Translations under genes and position numbers: made by a program
Notes under the pieces: generated by a model
What the model was told of the DNA's origin: nothing
What the model saw: the letters and a program-made list of their open reading frames with translations, nothing else
Database searches by the model: none
Assembly: GCA_046729215.1 (NCBI GenBank)
Contig: JBKPGE010000076.1
Coordinates: forward strand, 1 to 44,465
Direction: 5' to 3'
Origin: Actinomycetota bacterium
GTDB lineage: Bacteria > Actinomycetota > Thermoleophilia > Gaiellales > Gaiellaceae
Length of the DNA: 44,465 nucleotides
Shown here: piece after piece, positions 15,895-24,623 of the stretch
Numbering within the stretch: the first letter of the stretch is position 1
Layout of the letters: each line of letters starts with the position of its first letter

Positions 15895-16605
15895 CTAGGT
15901 CGCCGGCGGAGGGATCGGCGCCTGCGCGGGCGCCGGCGGCGGCGTCTCCTTGGCGGCCTTGAGACGGTAGTAGAGAAGCGTCCACGCGGTCACGATGAAC
16001 GGGGTCGTCACCGCACCGCCGACGACACTCTGGACAAAGCTGCGTAGCCAGCCCGCGGCAGGAAGGAGAATGAGCGAGAGCACGATGTAGAAGGCGATGA
16101 TCAGCAGGATCGTCAGCACGATCACGCCGAACACGCTCCAGCCGTAACCCCTGACGAGCTCCCGGCTCCGGCTGAACGACTCGCCGGCTCGCCGCTCTTC
16201 GAGCACGATCACCGGAATGATCAGGATCCACCAGGTCAGGAGCACGAGCCCGGGGACGATCAGGAGGATGAGGCCGAGCGCGATCCCGAGGCCGGCCAGG
16301 ATGCCCGCGACAATGATCGATCCCAGCTGTGGCCGAACCCGCTGGAACGTCTCCGACAGGGAGAGATCGGCGCGCCCGTCGCGGACGTCATCCACGGCCT
16401 TGACCAGCGCGCCCTGAACCCAGAAGAGCGCGACGAAGTAGAGGATCGCTCCGATGATGGCGCCGAACCAGGTCAGGGCCGCGACCAGGACGAGATTGAT
16501 CAGCGCAACGGCTGCGTAAACGAGGAACGAGATCGAGAGCAGATGGCGCCAGTGCGCCTTGTACAGCGCCCAGGCTTCGCTGAGCACGCCTTCGGTCGGG
16601 CTCAT
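15895..16605 (-). CDS. Polytopic membrane protein of unknown function with a Pro/Ala-rich tail
   Basis: 236 aa with about 5-6 hydrophobic helices and a C-terminal ETPPPAPAQAPIPPPAT. GC3 is high. Confidence 0.75.
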   Translation of the reverse strand: MSPTEGVLSEAWALYKAHWRHLLSISFLVYAAVALINLVLVAALTWFGAIIGAILYFVALFWVQGALVKAVDDVRDGRADLSLSETFQRVRPQLGSIIVAGILAGLGIALGLILLIVPGLVLLTWWILIIPVIVLEERRAGESFSRSRELVRGYGWSVFGVIVLTILLIIAFYIVLSLILLPAAGWLRSFVQSVVGGAVTTPFIVTAWTLLYYRLKAAKETPPPAPAQAPIPPPAT

Positions 16606-16614
16606 CGGCCGACC

Positions 16615-17031
16615 CTAACGTGTTGGAGCAGCGGCGGCGGAGTGGATCGTCGCCACGATCTCGTCCAGGTCGCGGTCCTTCGAGAGGCACGCTGCGGCGC
16701 CGGCAGCCTCGAGCGCTTCCAGCTCGCGGTCGTTGGCGGTGGCGGTCAGGCAGACGACAGCCACTTCAGGGCAGGCCTCTCGCAGCTCCGCCGTCACCTG
16801 AACGCCGTCAGCCCCGGGGAGGCGGTAATCCATCAGAACGACGTCCGGCTCATGGCGGCGGCAGAGGGCGACGACGTCGCGCCCATTGTCGACCGATGCC
16901 ACGACCTGGACGTCGGGTCGCAGGTCGAGGAGCATCTCGAGCGCCTCGCGGAAGACGTCATTGTCTTCCACGAGCGCGACCCGGACTACAGAGCCTTCTC
17001 GACCTTTCCGGCTTTCAGACAGCGGGTGCAC
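16615..17031 (-). CDS. Stand-alone response-regulator receiver domain (CheY-like)
   Basis: [20 protein letters not shown] (phospho-acceptor Asp), CLTAT and CLSKD give the full D-D-D-T-K set. There is no output domain. The only canonical upstream start, GTG 17031, lies inside rpmB. Confidence 0.7.
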   Translation of the reverse strand: MHPLSESRKGREGSVVRVALVEDNDVFREALEMLLDLRPDVQVVASVDNGRDVVALCRRHEPDVVLMDYRLPGADGVQVTAELREACPEVAVVCLTATANDRELEALEAAGAAACLSKDRDLDEIVATIHSAAAAPTR

Positions 17032-17177
17032 ACGTACGCGCGGGTCGGCTTTCCGTGAAGAACGACGCGGACGCGCTGAAGGTTGGGATCGAAGCGCCGC
17101 TTCGTGGCCACCATCGAGTGGCTCCGGTTGTGACCGAAGCTCGGTTTCTTCCCGCAGACTGCGCAAACCCTGGACAT
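16986..17177 (-). CDS. rpmB: 50S ribosomal protein L28
   Basis: [38 protein letters not shown]...[10 protein letters not shown]. This is the Zn-ribbon (CxxC...CxxC) form. Confidence 0.9.
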   Translation of the reverse strand: MSRVCAVCGKKPSFGHNRSHSMVATKRRFDPNLQRVRVVLHGKPTRAYVCTRCLKAGKVEKAL

Positions 17178-17194
17178 TCGGCGGCGGAGTGTAG

Positions 17195-17824
17195 CTACTT
17201 CGAGGCTTGGCGCAGCTGCGAGAAGATCCCGGCCATCTCGAGGGCGCTCCGGACGGCGTCGGCGGCGCGGTCGATGCGGGCCTCGGCCTGCTCTGTCGTC
17301 TCCGTGGTCAGCACGCCGAACGACACGGGAACGCCCGTCTCGATCGCCGCGAGCTGCAGACCGCTCGCCGCTTCTCCGGCGACGTAGTCGAAGTGCGGCG
17401 TCTCGCCGCGGATGACGCAGCCGAGCGCGACGATGCAGGAGTAGCGGCGGGTCTTGGCGAGGGCGATGGCCGCCAGAGGCAGCTCGAAGGCGCCGGGAAC
17501 GGGTGCGATCGTGATCGCGTCCTGCGAGACGCCCAGAGCCTCGAGCTCCTCCAGCGCACGCTCGAGCAGTCGGGTCGTGATCTCGCCGTTGAACTTCGAG
17601 ACGACGACGGCGACGGTTCGGTCGGCTCCGTCAGAGGAACCGGTGACGGTCCGGTAGCCCTCCGGAACGGCGAACGCACCTGCCGCGTGTTCCTGCGGCT
17701 GCTTTTCGTCGGCCGTGCGCAGCGGCGGCCGCTCGTCGACCTCTTCGTCCGGCACGAAGCGCTCGGGCCGCTCCAGATGGGGCTGCGGCGCCGCGGAGCC
17801 GCCTCCGTCGAACCGCTCGCTCAC
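17195..17824 (-). CDS. ribH: 6,7-dimethyl-8-ribityllumazine synthase with an N-terminal extension
   Basis: The core is [45 protein letters not shown] 17824 overlaps the ribBA TGA as GTGA; an alternative GTG lies at 17755. Confidence 0.85.
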   Translation of the reverse strand: MSERFDGGGSAAPQPHLERPERFVPDEEVDERPPLRTADEKQPQEHAAGAFAVPEGYRTVTGSSDGADRTVAVVVSKFNGEITTRLLERALEELEALGVSQDAITIAPVPGAFELPLAAIALAKTRRYSCIVALGCVIRGETPHFDYVAGEAASGLQLAAIETGVPVSFGVLTTETTEQAEARIDRAADAVRSALEMAGIFSQLRQASK

Positions 17825-19077
17825 GAACTCTCCGCTCGGAAGCGCAGGTCCTGGTGGTGGAGCTGGTGCCCGAGCTTGTCCCGCTTCGTCTCCAGGTACT
17901 CGCGGTTCTCCGCGTTCGGGGGCGTCTCGATCGGGACCTGTTCCACGACGGTGAGGCCGAACCCTTCGAGGCCGGTGATCTTCTTCGGATTGTTGGTGAG
18001 GATCCGGATCGTCGTCAGTCCGAGGTCGGCGAGGATCTGATTGCCGATCCCCCACTCGCGGGCATCGGCGGGGAAGCCGAGCTCCAGGTTGGCCTCGACG
18101 GTGTCCAGCCCGTTCTCCTGTAGCTCGTAGGCCTTGAGCTTGTTCATCAGCCCGATGCCGCGGCCCTCCTGCGCCATGTAGAGGAGCACGGCGCGCTCCT
18201 CGGCGCCGATCTGCGCGAGCGCCTCCTCCAGCTGCTCCCCGCAGTCACAGCGCAGCGAGTGGAAGACGTCGCCGGTGAGGCACTCGGAGTGGACGCGGAC
18301 GAGCACGTTCTCCGCGCCCTCTACCTCGCCCCGGACGAGCGCAACGTGGTGCTTGCCGCTGAGCTTCTCCCGGAACGCGACGGCGGTAAAGTCGCCGTAG
18401 GCGGTGGGGAGCCGCACGGACACCGTGCGCTCGACGAGCACCTCCTTCCGGCGCCGGTACTCGATCAGGTCGGCGACCGTGATCATCTTGATCCCGTGGT
18501 ACTCGCAGAACTGCGCGAGATCGGGGACCCGCGCCATCGTTCCGTCCTCATTCATCACCTCGCACACGACCCCCGCGGGTATCAACCCGGCAAGCCGGGC
18601 GAGGTCGACTGCCGCCTCGGTCTGGCCTGTTCGCTCGAGGACGCCGCCGGGACGCGCTCGCAGCGGAAAGACGTGGCCCGGGTGGACGAGATCGGCAGCT
18701 GTGCGATTGGGATCGATCGCGGTCTGGATCGTCCGCGCTCGGTCCGCGGCGGAGATCCCGGTCGTCACACCCTCCCGAGCCTCGATCGTGACCGTGAACG
18801 CGGTCTGGAGCGGCGTCTCGTTGTGCTCGGTCATCGGGCGAAGTGAAAGCTCGTCGCAGCGGTTCGGTGTCAGGCAGAGGCAGATCAGGCCTCGCGCGTG
18901 GGTGGCCATGAAGTTGATCGCCTCCGGCGTGGCGAATTGGGCGGCGATGGTGAGATCGCCTTCGTTCTCACGATCCGCCGCGTCGACGACCACGACGAAC
19001 TTGCCGTCGCGGAGGTCTTCGATCGCCTCGTCGACGGTCGAGAAAGCCGTTTCCGCACGGGTCGCCATCGTGTGCAT
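17821..19077 (-). CDS. ribBA: Bifunctional 3,4-dihydroxy-2-butanone-4-phosphate synthase / GTP cyclohydrolase II
   Basis: DRENEGDL and HPGHVFPL mark the RibB half. RVHSECLTGDVFHSLRCDCG and QEGRGIGL mark the RibA half. Confidence 0.95.
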   Translation of the reverse strand: MHTMATRAETAFSTVDEAIEDLRDGKFVVVVDAADRENEGDLTIAAQFATPEAINFMATHARGLICLCLTPNRCDELSLRPMTEHNETPLQTAFTVTIEAREGVTTGISAADRARTIQTAIDPNRTAADLVHPGHVFPLRARPGGVLERTGQTEAAVDLARLAGLIPAGVVCEVMNEDGTMARVPDLAQFCEYHGIKMITVADLIEYRRRKEVLVERTVSVRLPTAYGDFTAVAFREKLSGKHHVALVRGEVEGAENVLVRVHSECLTGDVFHSLRCDCGEQLEEALAQIGAEERAVLLYMAQEGRGIGLMNKLKAYELQENGLDTVEANLELGFPADAREWGIGNQILADLGLTTIRILTNNPKKITGLEGFGLTVVEQVPIETPPNAENREYLETKRDKLGHQLHHQDLRFRAESS

Positions 19078-19289
19078 CGTATCCAGGCTAAGGCCGAGGG
19101 GAGACAGCTTCCCTGGTATCCATACGGCCCCGGCGACGATTCGCGCTCGGCTTGGGACACGCCTGGCACACAGTCTCCAGGCGGTAGCGGTTGATGTTTC
19201 CGGCTTTAATGCGAGGGGGTACCCCTGCGTTGGGCAGCCCGTAGAGCCACAGGGTTTACTGAGGCGATCACGAGTGGAAGGCTTCCTGG

Positions 19290-19616
19290 ATGCGGATTCC
19301 GGTCCTTCTGCTCGCCCTTTTCGTTACCGGCTGTGGCAACAGCGACGACCGGCCAGATAAGGTCGTCCAGGACTACCTCCACGCCAGGGATTCCGCGAGT
19401 TGCCGGTACCTGACGGCACCGCGAACTGAGCCTTGCCGGTTACCGCATGTGCCCGATCCGCCGGCGGATCGAGTTGTGATTGAGCGGGTGGGCTTCGATG
19501 GGAGCCGCGCGACCGTTCGTGCCTCTTACGACTGGACCGGCATCCGCCGCCACTCGACGTTCACGCTAGTGCGGCGCGATGACGACTGGCTGATAACCGG
19601 CGAAACGCCGGATTAG
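19290..19616 (+). CDS. Small lipoprotein of unknown function
   Basis: MRIPVLLLALFVTGC|GNS contains a lipobox, and GGAAGG lies 8 nt upstream of the ATG. The gene is on the opposite strand to the flanking rib genes. Confidence 0.7.
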   Translation: MRIPVLLLALFVTGCGNSDDRPDKVVQDYLHARDSASCRYLTAPRTEPCRLPHVPDPPADRVVIERVGFDGSRATVRASYDWTGIRRHSTFTLVRRDDDWLITGETPD

Positions 19617-19739
19617 TTCGTCCGTAGTGAGCTAGTAACACTCGAGACGGGCCAAAAGACGACGATCGCGATGAATAGGGCGATGATCGCCCACTTGATC
19701 CTTGCGCGGTTCGTCTCCGTTCGCCTGGCTACGGCTCAT
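19613..19739 (-). CDS. Candidate small membrane protein (needs a +1 frame change; in-frame version ends at 19632)
   Basis: ATG 19739 follows GAGGAGGAG by 10 nt and gives MSRSQANGDEPRKD. The adjacent +1 frame then encodes KWAIIALFIAIVVFWPVSS.. with high GC3, ending at TAA 19613-19615. Confidence 0.25.
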
Positions 19740-19817
19740 CCAGCCTCGCTCCTCCTCGTTGCGGGGATCCTCGGCGTGAACCACATAAACGGGCCCGACA
19801 TCCTCACCGAGTTCTTC

Positions 19818-20363
19818 CTAGGCGGGCCGGATCAGTCGTTCGACGTACTTGGCGATGATGTCGACCTCGAGGTTGACGGCGTCGCCGGGCTCGAGAGCCC
19901 CAAGCGTCGTAACCTCGAGCGTGTGAGGGACGAGCGCAACGGTGAAGGTCTCGTCCGTGAGCTCAGCCACCGTCAGGGCGACGCCGTCCACGGTGATCGA
20001 GCCCTTCTCGACGCAGTAGCGGAGGATCTCCGTCGGAGCTTCGACCGTCAGCCGGCCGCCTTCCTGGGAGCGGACGCGGCCTGTCCCGTCTACGTGGCCC
20101 TGGACGTAGTGGCCGCCGAGCGGCTCCCCTGCCTCGATCGCCGGCTCGAGGTTGACCTCTCTGCGGAAGGGCTTCGCGCGGGCCTCCGTCTCGCCCACGA
20201 CGTCGAACGAGAGGCGTCCGTCCTCCGTCTGGACGACAGTCAGGCAGGTGCCGTCGACCGAGATCGAGTCGCCGATCCCCGGCGCCAGCGTCGACTCCAC
20301 GACGAGCCTTCCGTCCTCGAAGGACACAACGCGGCCGCGCTCGCGAACGATTCCCGTGAACAC
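19818..20363 (-). CDS. ribE: Riboflavin synthase alpha chain
   Basis: MFTGIV..G...SISVDGTCLTV...GSITVDGVALTV shows the duplicated lumazine-binding repeat. Confidence 0.9.
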   Translation of the reverse strand: MFTGIVRERGRVVSFEDGRLVVESTLAPGIGDSISVDGTCLTVVQTEDGRLSFDVVGETEARAKPFRREVNLEPAIEAGEPLGGHYVQGHVDGTGRVRSQEGGRLTVEAPTEILRYCVEKGSITVDGVALTVAELTDETFTVALVPHTLEVTTLGALEPGDAVNLEVDIIAKYVERLIRPA

Positions 20364-20376
20364 GTCTCGAGGTTAC

Positions 20377-21315
20377 TTACGGCCCGTGGATGTAGGCGCT
20401 CAGGAGGACGTCCTCACCGATCGTGCGAGCCTCCAGCCGCGTCAGCTTCCGCGGTGGAATACCGGCATCGAAGAGCGTGGGCCCTTCGCCCGAAACTGTC
20501 GGCGCGGTGAAGACGAGGAGCTTGTCGATCAGATCCTCGCGGAAGAACGAGGCTGCGAGTGTCGGCCCGCCCTCGAGGAGCAGCGACTGGACGCCTTCCG
20601 AGGCCAGAGAGGCGAGCTCGTCCGCGATCGCGCCCGTGCGCAGCTCGAGATCGGAGCCCTCGGGAAGCGGCCCGCGACCGAAGACGAGCCGCCGGGGCTG
20701 TTTTATGGCCCCGACGTCGCGCGCTGTCAGCCTCGGCGCGTCGGCCTGGACGGTCCCCATCCCGACTGCGACCGCGTCGGAGGCAGCCCGTAGCTCGTGC
20801 ACCAGGCGCCGGCTCTCCTCCCCCGAGATCCAGCGCTCGCCGGGGAACGTCAGCCGCCCGTCGAGCGTCATCGCCGCCTTGTAGGTCACGAACGGCCGGC
20901 CCCGCGCGACCCACGTTCGCCACGCCTCGTTCTGGGCGCGGGCCGCGAAGCTGTCGATCAGCTCGACCTCGACGCCGGCAGCGCTGAGCTCCTCCAGGCC
21001 CCCACCGGCCCCCGGGTTCGGGTCGAGCGAGCCGGTGACGACCCGCGCGACGCCCGCCTCGAGAATCGCCTTGGTGCACGGCGGCGTGCTGCCATGGTGC
21101 GTGCAGGGCTCCATCGTCACGTAGAGCGTCGCGCCGCGGGCGCGCTCGCCCGCCGCCTCCAGGGCGACGATCTCGCCGTGCGGCCCTCCCTTGCGCTCGT
21201 GCCAGCCCTCGCCGACGACCTCGCCGTCGCTGACGACGACGGCCCCGACCACGGGGTTCGGATGGGTCGTGCCGCGCCCGCGCTCCGCGAGCTCGAGCGC
21301 CCGAGCGAGGGTCAC
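20377..21315 (-). CDS. ribD: Bifunctional riboflavin deaminase/reductase
   Basis: HGEIVAL...TMEPCTHHGSTPPC is the CMP/dCMP deaminase Zn motif; a C-terminal RibD reductase domain follows. The start overlaps the rpe stop as GTGA. Confidence 0.9.
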   Translation of the reverse strand: MTLARALELAERGRGTTHPNPVVGAVVVSDGEVVGEGWHERKGGPHGEIVALEAAGERARGATLYVTMEPCTHHGSTPPCTKAILEAGVARVVTGSLDPNPGAGGGLEELSAAGVEVELIDSFAARAQNEAWRTWVARGRPFVTYKAAMTLDGRLTFPGERWISGEESRRLVHELRAASDAVAVGMGTVQADAPRLTARDVGAIKQPRRLVFGRGPLPEGSDLELRTGAIADELASLASEGVQSLLLEGGPTLAASFFREDLIDKLLVFTAPTVSGEGPTLFDAGIPPRKLTRLEARTIGEDVLLSAYIHGP

Positions 21316-21986
21316 AGGAGCTCGACGAGGCCGCGGTACGACTGGGCGATGTCGTCCCCACCGAAGGTGCTCGTGCCGGCGACGAACAGGTCGGCTCCCG
21401 CCTCCCGAAGCTGCGGGATGTTGTCGCGGCCGACCCCGCCGTCGACCTGTACGTGCTTGCCGTCGGGCAGAAGGGAACGCAGGAGCTCGATCCGCGGGAT
21501 CGCTTCAGGCATGAACGCTTGGCCCGAGTAGCCGGGGTTGATGCTCATGCAAAGGACGAGATCGACCGGATCGGCCTTTTCCGCCGCATGCTCCGGCTGG
21601 GTCTGCGGGTTGAACGCGAGCCCCACGGCGAGACCGTGCTCCCGTGCCCGCTCGGCGAGAGCCGCGACGTCATCCGCGACCTCGTAGTGGAACGTGACGC
21701 TGTCGCCGCCCGCCTCGGCGATGGCCCGGAAGTGGCGCTCGGGCTGGTCGACCATCAGGTGACAATCGATGCGTCCGCCGGCGCGGTGGATGATCGGTGA
21801 GATCCACTGGAGGACGATCGGCCCGACGGTGATCGGGGGGATGAAGTGACCGTCGCCCACGTCGAAGTGGAAGATCCGCGCGCCGGCCTCGAGGAGGGTC
21901 TCGATCTGCTCTCCGAGCCGCGAGAAGTCGCCGGCGTAAAGCGACGGCTCGACTTCAGGCCCGCGAACCCATTCGTCCCAGGACAC
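21312..21986 (-). CDS. rpe: Ribulose-phosphate 3-epimerase
   Basis: Motifs: PSLYAGDF, HFDVGDGHF, DCHLMV, MSINPGYSGQAF, VDGGV. Confidence 0.9.
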   Translation of the reverse strand: MSWDEWVRGPEVEPSLYAGDFSRLGEQIETLLEAGARIFHFDVGDGHFIPPITVGPIVLQWISPIIHRAGGRIDCHLMVDQPERHFRAIAEAGGDSVTFHYEVADDVAALAERAREHGLAVGLAFNPQTQPEHAAEKADPVDLVLCMSINPGYSGQAFMPEAIPRIELLRSLLPDGKHVQVDGGVGRDNIPQLREAGADLFVAGTSTFGGDDIAQSYRGLVELL

Positions 21987-22054
21987 GCCGCGATCTTACG
22001 AGCCGCCATGTCTCCAGCGGACGCTGTCCCGGGCCAGGCCCCTGGACCTGTCCG

Positions 22055-23236
22055 TTACGGACGGAGCTGCGCGATGAAGAAGCCCGAGGTGCCGTGCTTG
22101 TGCGGCAGCGTCAGCAGGAATTCGGGTCGGCGCGGGTGGACGTATTGCGGCCACTCCTCGCTCAGCGGCTCGACCTGGAGGCCGCTCGCATCGACGACAT
22201 CCTCGTTCTCGGCGGCGGCGATCGTGCAGACGGCGTAGGTGATCGTGCCCTCCGGCTTGACCCGCTCGGCGGCGACGCCGAGGAGGTCGCGCTGAAGTTG
22301 CGCGAGCGGCTGCGCGCGCCAGCGCAGATCCGGCCGCGAGGCGAGGACGCCGAGCCCCGAGCAAGGAGCGTCGACCAGAACGCGGTCGAAGCCGGTCAGC
22401 TCGGGCGGCAGCTCTCGTGCGTCGGCGTTTACCACGGTGACGTTCTCGAAGCCCAGCCGCTTGACGTTCTCCTCGAGCTCGCGCGCCCGACCCTCGTGGA
22501 GCTCCACCGCCACGACCTCTGCCGCCTTCTCGGCCAGCTGGGTCGTCTTTCCGCCCGGCGCAGCACAGAGGTCGAGCACTCGCTCGCCCTCCTGGACGCC
22601 AACCGCCTGTCCGGCGAGCTGCGATCCGCGGCTCTGCGGCCAGACGCGACCTTGCGCCAGCTCTTCGGGGTCGATGCGCTCGACGATGCGGGCCTCGCGG
22701 GTTCCGACCACGCGCACGGCAGTCTCCGGCGGCTCGTTCTGCGCCTTCATGAGAGCGAGCGCCTCCTCCGGCCCCCACTCCAGCCACCAGGTCCCGGCGA
22801 TCCAGTCGGGGTAGGACTGCTTGAGCGCCGCCTCCCGTGCGCTCGTCTCCGGAAGCGCCTCGATGAGAGGCTGGATCTGGTCCGACGCCTTCCTGAGCAC
22901 CGCGTTGACGAGCCCGGTCGCCCGCGGCGCGCCGGCAGCCCGAACCAGTTCCACCGCTTCATTCACACTCGCGCGGGCGGGGACGCCGTCCAGAAAGGCC
23001 AGCTCATAGGCACCCAGGCGCAGCGCCGCCCGTACGGGGACGTCCAGCTCGGCGACCGGGCGTCCACCGATCGCCTCGAGCGCGTAGTCGAGCGTGCGCA
23101 CCCGCTGGACGGCGCCGTAGGCGATGCGCTGCGCAAACGCCCGGTCACGGGGGTCGAGGCCTGCCGCCTCTGCCGCGAAGGCCCGGTCCGTGTAGGCGCC
23201 CTCCTCGAAGACGCGCACGAGCGTGCGATTCGCCAC
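22055..23236 (-). CDS. rsmB: 16S rRNA (cytosine-C5) methyltransferase RsmB/Sun
   Basis: A NusB-like N-terminus is followed by VLDLCAAPGGKT and DAPCSGLGV. The preferred start is GTG 23236; the ORF upstream of it overlaps fmt and is run-on. Confidence 0.85.
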   Translation of the reverse strand: MANRTLVRVFEEGAYTDRAFAAEAAGLDPRDRAFAQRIAYGAVQRVRTLDYALEAIGGRPVAELDVPVRAALRLGAYELAFLDGVPARASVNEAVELVRAAGAPRATGLVNAVLRKASDQIQPLIEALPETSAREAALKQSYPDWIAGTWWLEWGPEEALALMKAQNEPPETAVRVVGTREARIVERIDPEELAQGRVWPQSRGSQLAGQAVGVQEGERVLDLCAAPGGKTTQLAEKAAEVVAVELHEGRARELEENVKRLGFENVTVVNADARELPPELTGFDRVLVDAPCSGLGVLASRPDLRWRAQPLAQLQRDLLGVAAERVKPEGTITYAVCTIAAAENEDVVDASGLQVEPLSEEWPQYVHPRRPEFLLTLPHKHGTSGFFIAQLRP

Positions 23237-23250
23237 GCGGCGCGCCTCGG

Positions 23251-24039
23251 TCAGCGGAGCCCCCGTTCGAACTCGGCAAGCGTCATGCGCCGGCGGCCCT
23301 CGGGCTGCACCTCGAGGATCTCGAGACGACCGTCGGCGATCCGTGAGCGCCACACGATCACCGGCCGCCCATGGAGCTCCGCTCTGGCGCCGATGTGCGG
23401 CGAGAGCGCGCGGATTCGGTTGTGCAGCTCGTCGGCAGGCCGAGACCAATCGAGCTCGCGGTCGGAGGGCCCGATCTTCTCGGCGTACGTCATTCCGCCC
23501 TCCTGCGGACGGAAGTCCTCGGAGTCGAGCGCCGCATCAACAAGATCCGGTGTCACCGCTGCGGCTCGCTCGAACACGGCGCCCGCATCGTCTTCCGGTC
23601 TGATTGGGAACCGGCTCTGCGCCCCGATCGGGCCGGCGTCGAGCTCATTTACGAGCCGGATGACCGACACGCCGCTCTCGTCGTCGCCGGCCATGATCGC
23701 CCGCTCGACCGGCGCCGCTCCACGCCAGCGGGGGAGCAAGGACGGGTGCACGTTGAGCCAGAGCGCCTGGTCGAGCAGTTCCTCCGGAATCAGCGCGCCG
23801 TAGGCCACGGCGACGACGACATCGACGCCGAGATCGTCCAGGTCAGCAGGCCGTTCCGGTTGCCGTACCTCGATTCCCAATTCGTTGGCCACCTGCTTCG
23901 CCGGCGGCGCCGCCAACTGCCTGCCGCGGCCCTGCCGCCGGTCCGGCCGGGTGAGGAGATAGGCGATGTCGTGACGCTCGGCGAGCCTGCGCAGCACGTC
24001 CGCGCCGAACGGAGCCGCGGCCGCGACGCCCAGGTTCAC
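23251..24039 (-). CDS. fmt: Methionyl-tRNA formyltransferase
   Basis: NVHPSLLPRWRGAAPVERAI is the formyltransferase SLLP motif. The gene lies between def and rsmB. Confidence 0.9.
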   Translation of the reverse strand: MNLGVAAAAPFGADVLRRLAERHDIAYLLTRPDRRQGRGRQLAAPPAKQVANELGIEVRQPERPADLDDLGVDVVVAVAYGALIPEELLDQALWLNVHPSLLPRWRGAAPVERAIMAGDDESGVSVIRLVNELDAGPIGAQSRFPIRPEDDAGAVFERAAAVTPDLVDAALDSEDFRPQEGGMTYAEKIGPSDRELDWSRPADELHNRIRALSPHIGARAELHGRPVIVWRSRIADGRLEILEVQPEGRRRMTLAEFERGLR

Positions 24040-24043
24040 GGCG

Positions 24044-24610
24044 CTACGGGGCGAGGACGGCGCGTGGGCGAAGGATTCCCAGAGCCTCGCTGCGCGCCTC
24101 GTCGGTCGTCCGGTCGAGGATGAGGACGCCGTCGAGGTGGTCGAGCTCGTGCTGGGCGACGCGTGCGCCGAGCTCGCCCAGATCCATCGAGATCTCCCCG
24201 CCTTCGGGATCGCGACCCTCGAGCCGCACCGTCAGCGGCCGCTCGACCGGAACCTGCACGCCCTGCATCGACAGGCAGCCCTCCTCGTCGCTCACCATCT
24301 CTCCGCCGGGCTCGACGATGACCGGATTCACGATCGCCACCGGCTCGGAGTCGGGGTCGGGCTGGAACACGAAGACCCGCCGGATGATGCCGACCTGGTT
24401 CGCAGCGAGGCCGACGCCGTTCGCGTCCTGCATCAGCTTTACCATCCGCTCGACGAGCCGCTTCAGGTCGTCGTCGAACTGCTCGACCTCGCCGGCTCGA
24501 AGCCGCAGCACCGGATCCGGGTATTGCCGAATCTGCGCGAGCGCCGTCTGCCGCAGAGCCTCCCGCTGCGGATCTAGCTTTTCGTTTCGGACCTGTCCCG
24601 CCTCGTCCAT
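24044..24610 (-). CDS. def: Peptide deformylase
   Basis: The three canonical motifs are present: GVGLAANQVG, EGCLS, HELDHLDG. Confidence 0.9.
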   Translation of the reverse strand: MDEAGQVRNEKLDPQREALRQTALAQIRQYPDPVLRLRAGEVEQFDDDLKRLVERMVKLMQDANGVGLAANQVGIIRRVFVFQPDPDSEPVAIVNPVIVEPGGEMVSDEEGCLSMQGVQVPVERPLTVRLEGRDPEGGEISMDLGELGARVAQHELDHLDGVLILDRTTDEARSEALGILRPRAVLAP

Positions 24611-24623
24611 CGCCCGTATGAAA

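Noticed and set aside
19078-19289. FMN (RFN) riboswitch upstream of ribBA. ZTP-like and TPP-like fragments were also considered.
   Set aside because: The near-invariant RFN cores are absent on the sense strand. The short similarities (AGGCGGTA, AGCCCGTAGAGCC, ACCGCCTGGAG) are on the wrong strand or isolated. This cannot be confirmed without a covariance-model search, so it is reported only as an open question.
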